From an uncultured cyanobacterium (GTDB lineage: Bacteria > Cyanobacteriota > Cyanobacteriia > Phormidesmidales > Phormidesmidaceae), in NCBI GenBank assembly GCA_963793265.1, contig CAWBZI010000006.1:736001-800000 (forward strand): a DNA stretch of 64,000 nt, written 5' to 3'. Each line of letters opens with the position of its first letter. Within the stretch, counting starts at the first letter, position 1. The position numbers and the translations under genes were made by a program. The notes under the pieces were generated by a model. It saw only the letters and a list, made by a program, of their open reading frames with translations. It did no database searches and had not been told where the DNA came from. Positions 60,515-64,000 of the stretch are shown here, in pieces.

Positions 60515-61363
60515 ATGAATGTCTTGGTGAGCAATGACGATGGGGTTTTCGCGCTGGGCATTCGGACGCTGGCGAATGCGCTAGCGGCGGCTGGGCATCA
60601 GGTGACGGTGGTGTGTCCTGATCGCGAACGCTCTGCAACGGGTCACGGGCTTACGCTGCACAGACCTTTACGAGTAGATCAGGTAGAGAACGTTTTTGAT
60701 CCGAAAGTCACTGCCTGGGCTAGTTCGGGCACACCGTCTGACTGCGTGAAGCTGGCTTTGGATGCACTTTTGCCTGCGGCTCCTGACTTTGTGGTGTCGG
60801 GAATTAATCACGGGGCTAATTTGGGCACAGATGTGCTCTATTCGGGTACGGTGTCGGCGGCGATGGAGGGGGTTTTAGAAGGCATTCCAGCGATCGCAAT
60901 CAGCCTCACTAGCTTCTCAGCCAAAAACTTCGACCCTTCTGCCCAATGCGCCGTTCAGCTCGTCTCCCAGCTAGAGCAGCAGCCGCTAAATCTGCCCATA
61001 TTGCTCAACGTCAACGTGCCACCCGTAGCAGCCGCAGACATTAAAGGCACGGTGATTGCTCGGCAGGGCGTTCGCCGGTATTTCGATCAGTTTGCAAAGC
61101 GCGTTGATCCTCGTGGTAAAACCTACTACTGGTTAGCAGGAGAAGTTATGGAGGAAGGAGAGGCTGAACTGGTGATCGATCACCAGGGAAAGAACGAAGC
61201 GGCGGCGATTGATAAAGAAATATCAGCTATTAATACGCAGTTTGTAACCGATGTGAAGGCTATTAAAGACAATTACATTACGATTACGCCGCTTCAGTAC
61301 AATCTGACGGCCTATACGGCGCTGGACTTCGTGCGCAGGCGATTATGTGATCGCAACCTCTGA
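60515..61363 (+). CDS. surE: 5'/3'-nucleotidase SurE
   Basis: [30 protein letters not shown]. Confidence 0.96.
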   Translation: MNVLVSNDDGVFALGIRTLANALAAAGHQVTVVCPDRERSATGHGLTLHRPLRVDQVENVFDPKVTAWASSGTPSDCVKLALDALLPAAPDFVVSGINHGANLGTDVLYSGTVSAAMEGVLEGIPAIAISLTSFSAKNFDPSAQCAVQLVSQLEQQPLNLPILLNVNVPPVAAADIKGTVIARQGVRRYFDQFAKRVDPRGKTYYWLAGEVMEEGEAELVIDHQGKNEAAAIDKEISAINTQFVTDVKAIKDNYITITPLQYNLTAYTALDFVRRRLCDRNL

Positions 61364-61632
61364 TAACAAAACTTTGCTAACGAAACTGTTACTAACAAAA
61401 GTCATTCTCATCAGTGAGGCAATCGTTAAGCTATGGAAAAGTACGACGCTGATGAAGGTGAAGCGAGCGAACTAAATTGATGAATATGGCAAGCTGCCAA
61501 TAGGGCTTGGGCATTATGCATGAAGGTATTCTGGTTTTGGAGCCGGTATTGGTGCGTCCTTTCACCTGATGAAGGGTGCGACTAGCTGTAAAAATAGACA
61601 GTAATTCCTCTAAATCACTTCATGTAAGGCTC

Positions 61633-62508
61633 ATGTCAGATCATCACGGTCAGTTTTCGATATGCTTTTGGGGCGTCCGGGGAAGTGTGGCCTGTCCTGG
61701 CTCCCAAACCGTTCGCTATGGTGGAAATACTGCCTGTATTGAGATGAGAGTCGGGGGTGAACGGCTGATTTTTGATGGGGGAACGGGGTTGCGCAACTTA
61801 GGTCAGCAAATGCTGCCTGAGATGCCAGTACACGCAAACATGTTTTTTACCCACTCTCATTGGGATCACATCCAGGGTTTTCCGTTCTTTGTACCTGCTT
61901 TTGTACCGGGCAATAAGTTTAAGATTCATGGGGCGATCGCACCCAACGGCTCCACTATCGAGCAGCGCCTAAACGATCAGATGCTGCACCCCAACTTTCC
62001 GGTGCCCCTACAAATCATGGGCGCAACGTTAGAGTTTTGTGACATTGAGGTAGGCGAGGTTATGAAAATTGGTGACGTTGAAATTAGCAATGCTATGCTC
62101 AACCATCCTGGCGAAGCGGTAGGCTACCGGGTGAGCTATCGCGGTCATTCAGCCGCGTACGTGAGCGATACTGAGCACTTCCCTGATCGGTTAGATGAGA
62201 ATGTGTTGCGACTGGCTAAAGATGCAGACGTAATGATTTACGACTGCACCTATACAGACGCGGAATATTACGACAAGAGCAATAGCAAGGTTGGCTGGGG
62301 TCATTCGACATGGCAGGAGGCTGTGAAGCTAGCGAAAGCAGCGAACGTTAAGCAGCTCGTAATTTTTCACCACGATCCTACGCATACGGATGAATTTATG
62401 GACGATATTGTTCGTCAAACATCGATTGCCTTGCCTAGCAGCGTTGTGGCGAAAGAAGGCATGGTGCTTGAGCTGATTAAAGAAGAGTCCGCTATGGCGG
62501 CAGTGTAG
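61633..62508 (+). CDS. Metallo-beta-lactamase-fold hydrolase
   Basis: WGVRGS, YGGNT, THSHWDHIQG, WGHST, FHHDP; ATG 61633. Confidence 0.9.
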   Translation: MSDHHGQFSICFWGVRGSVACPGSQTVRYGGNTACIEMRVGGERLIFDGGTGLRNLGQQMLPEMPVHANMFFTHSHWDHIQGFPFFVPAFVPGNKFKIHGAIAPNGSTIEQRLNDQMLHPNFPVPLQIMGATLEFCDIEVGEVMKIGDVEISNAMLNHPGEAVGYRVSYRGHSAAYVSDTEHFPDRLDENVLRLAKDADVMIYDCTYTDAEYYDKSNSKVGWGHSTWQEAVKLAKAANVKQLVIFHHDPTHTDEFMDDIVRQTSIALPSSVVAKEGMVLELIKEESAMAAV

Positions 62509-62578
62509 AAAAGAAGTCAGAGACGACTAAGCAGAAATAGAGCGCTGTACGGACTGGCTTTGTGTCAAAATGTGAAGC

Positions 62579-63667
62579 GTGCGGATTACTTCTTCTCTTA
62601 AGGCGGCGAAAACCCCTGTAAATATAGCGCTGGGCAATTTTGACGGCGTGCATTTGGGCCATCAGCGAGTGATGGCCGAGATTTTAGGTGGCCGGTTAAA
62701 TGACCTATTGTCACTGGCTGAACAACCAGCGATCGCCCCTTGTTTGAGCCCAGCTTCAGTATCAGACCTTCATCGTGGCGCGATCGCTCTTGACTACAAC
62801 TACCAAAATGCTGCATCCCACCACGACGGCCTTAATCTTCCAATCGGGCTGCAAGCCGAGTCAAATCTAGAAATCTACTCAACCGTTGTTACCTTTTCAC
62901 CGCATCCCCAGGAGTATTTCTCAGGCGTATCGAAGCCTTTGCTCACGCCCGTTGCAGAAAAAGCATGGCAGTTATCTCAGCTAGGGATTCATCAGCTTGT
63001 GATGCTGCCTTTCAATCAGGCAATGGCTGAGCTGAGCCCTGAGGAGTTTGTTAAGCGAATTTTGATTGATGGGTTGCAGACGAAAAGAATCAGCGTCGGC
63101 AGCGATTTTCGCTTTGGCAAAGGCCGCGCAGGGGATGCGAATGGATTGCAGGCGATCGCCCAAAGTCATAACGTCCCGGTCGTGCAGGTGCCGTTGAGAC
63201 TGGAGGAGGGCGATCGCATCAGTAGCTCCAAAATTCGCACCGCCCTACAAGCTGGCGATCCTCAACAGGCCGCTCGTCTGCTAGGTCGTCCTTACACATT
63301 GACCGGGCGCGTTGTGAAAGGAAAGCAATTGGGCCGTACAATTGGCTTCCCAACCGCGAATTTGCAGGTGCCCGCCGAGAAGTATCTACCTTGCACAGGT
63401 GTTTATAGCGTTCGGGTATATGGCGCACAAGCTGAATCTTCAGAGCCCTTAAGAGGTGTGATGAATATTGGCAATCGGCCTACAGTTGAGGGGCGATCGC
63501 TCAGCGTAGAAGTCCATTTGCTCGACTGGATAGGAGATCTGTACGGACAGCTTTTGACCGTTACGCTAGAAGGCTTTGTACGGCCCGAGCAAAAGTTTGA
63601 GTCACTAGCGCAGCTTAGAGCGCAGATTGCCGAGGATTGTCAGGTAGCAATCGCGCTCTTAAAATAA
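62579..63667 (+). CDS. ribF: Bifunctional riboflavin kinase / FAD synthetase
   Basis: GNFDGVHLGH, ISSSKIR, GRTIGFPTAN, EVHLLD. Confidence 0.96.
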   Translation: MRITSSLKAAKTPVNIALGNFDGVHLGHQRVMAEILGGRLNDLLSLAEQPAIAPCLSPASVSDLHRGAIALDYNYQNAASHHDGLNLPIGLQAESNLEIYSTVVTFSPHPQEYFSGVSKPLLTPVAEKAWQLSQLGIHQLVMLPFNQAMAELSPEEFVKRILIDGLQTKRISVGSDFRFGKGRAGDANGLQAIAQSHNVPVVQVPLRLEEGDRISSSKIRTALQAGDPQQAARLLGRPYTLTGRVVKGKQLGRTIGFPTANLQVPAEKYLPCTGVYSVRVYGAQAESSEPLRGVMNIGNRPTVEGRSLSVEVHLLDWIGDLYGQLLTVTLEGFVRPEQKFESLAQLRAQIAEDCQVAIALLK

Positions 63668-63676
63668 AACGTCTCC

Positions 63677-63717
63677 GCTAACCTTTTCTTTGTCGTCCAT
63701 TTACCACCTCTTAACCC
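63677..63717 (+). promoter_or_regulatory. Candidate Pho box (SphR/PhoB site)
   Basis: Octamers at 11-bp spacing: GCTAACCT, CTTTGTCG, ATTTACCA, CTTAACCC; upstream of a PhoX-like gene. Confidence 0.4.
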
Positions 63718-63776
63718 AAGAATTATCATTTTCCGACATGGTAAGAAGCACTTACCAGTGAGAAAAGGTATTGCGC

Positions 63777-64000
63777 ATGAGTATTAAGCGTCGGCAATTT
63801 CTTCTATTTATGGGTGCGGCGGCCACAACCTCTGCAATTGGGCCTCTCGGCAGTCAAAAACAGAGCGCATCCCTCGTCAGCTCAATCGCAAACCAGGTGA
63901 CCGCAGGTGAGATCGTAGCCGCCGGGTCACCAGCACCGTTTGAACCGCTCAAAGGCCCGATGCCCTACGGCGCAATCCAAACCAGTGCCGAACAGCAGCC
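63777..64000 (+). CDS. Tat-exported protein, probably PhoX-family alkaline phosphatase (partial)
   Basis: Manual translation MSIKRRQFLLFMGAAA...FEPLKGPMP; twin-arginine signal; open to the window end. Confidence 0.6.
   Translation, partial: MSIKRRQFLLFMGAAATTSAIGPLGSQKQSASLVSSIANQVTAGEIVAAGSPAPFEPLKGPMPYGAIQTSAEQQ

Larger units (their letters stand above)
852..63500. repeat. HIP1 octamer GCGATCGC, highly iterated across the window
   Basis: Dozens of copies, e.g. 17678, 18461, 20939, 29502, 29525, 33417, 38776, 40081, 47142, 60890. Confidence 0.97.

Noticed and set aside
60385..62578. T-box upstream of pheS or FMN riboswitch upstream of ribF
   Set aside because: Leaders are short (about 130 and 70 bp) and lack the signature motifs

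Overview
A 64-kb chromosomal window from a HIP1 (GCGATCGC)-rich cyanobacterium; gene content and acidic exported proteins suggest a Leptolyngbyaceae / Synechococcus PCC 7335-like lineage (inference). The left third is accessory: a five-gene glycosyltransferase/flavoenzyme operon, a stand-alone SF2 helicase, exported acidic proteins, two tandem PAS hybrid kinases, sbcD, a monofunctional catalase, a decayed antitoxin and two alpha/beta hydrolases. The rest is mostly core: an M16 peptidase pair, mlaE, plsY, pipX-pipY-sepF-proC, der, cysK with an Rrf2 regulator, an SLH porin plus a porin pseudogene, ycf39, petM, pdxA, a complete pix-like phototaxis operon with a DXCF cyanobacteriochrome MCP, pheS, surE, ribF and the start of a PhoX-like Tat protein. 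No tRNA, rRNA, CRISPR array or intact mobile element was seen. The most striking unexplained signals are (1) a strand-symmetric composition flip centred on HIP1 sites (G/T-rich 5' side, C/A-rich 3' side, independent of gene strand), (2) a ~300-nt rod-shaped RNA with its own promoter, terminator and a 23-codon ORF between ycf39 and the porin, and (3) a CymR-like CysK-binding tail on the Rrf2 protein. All calls are by eye; no database search was run.
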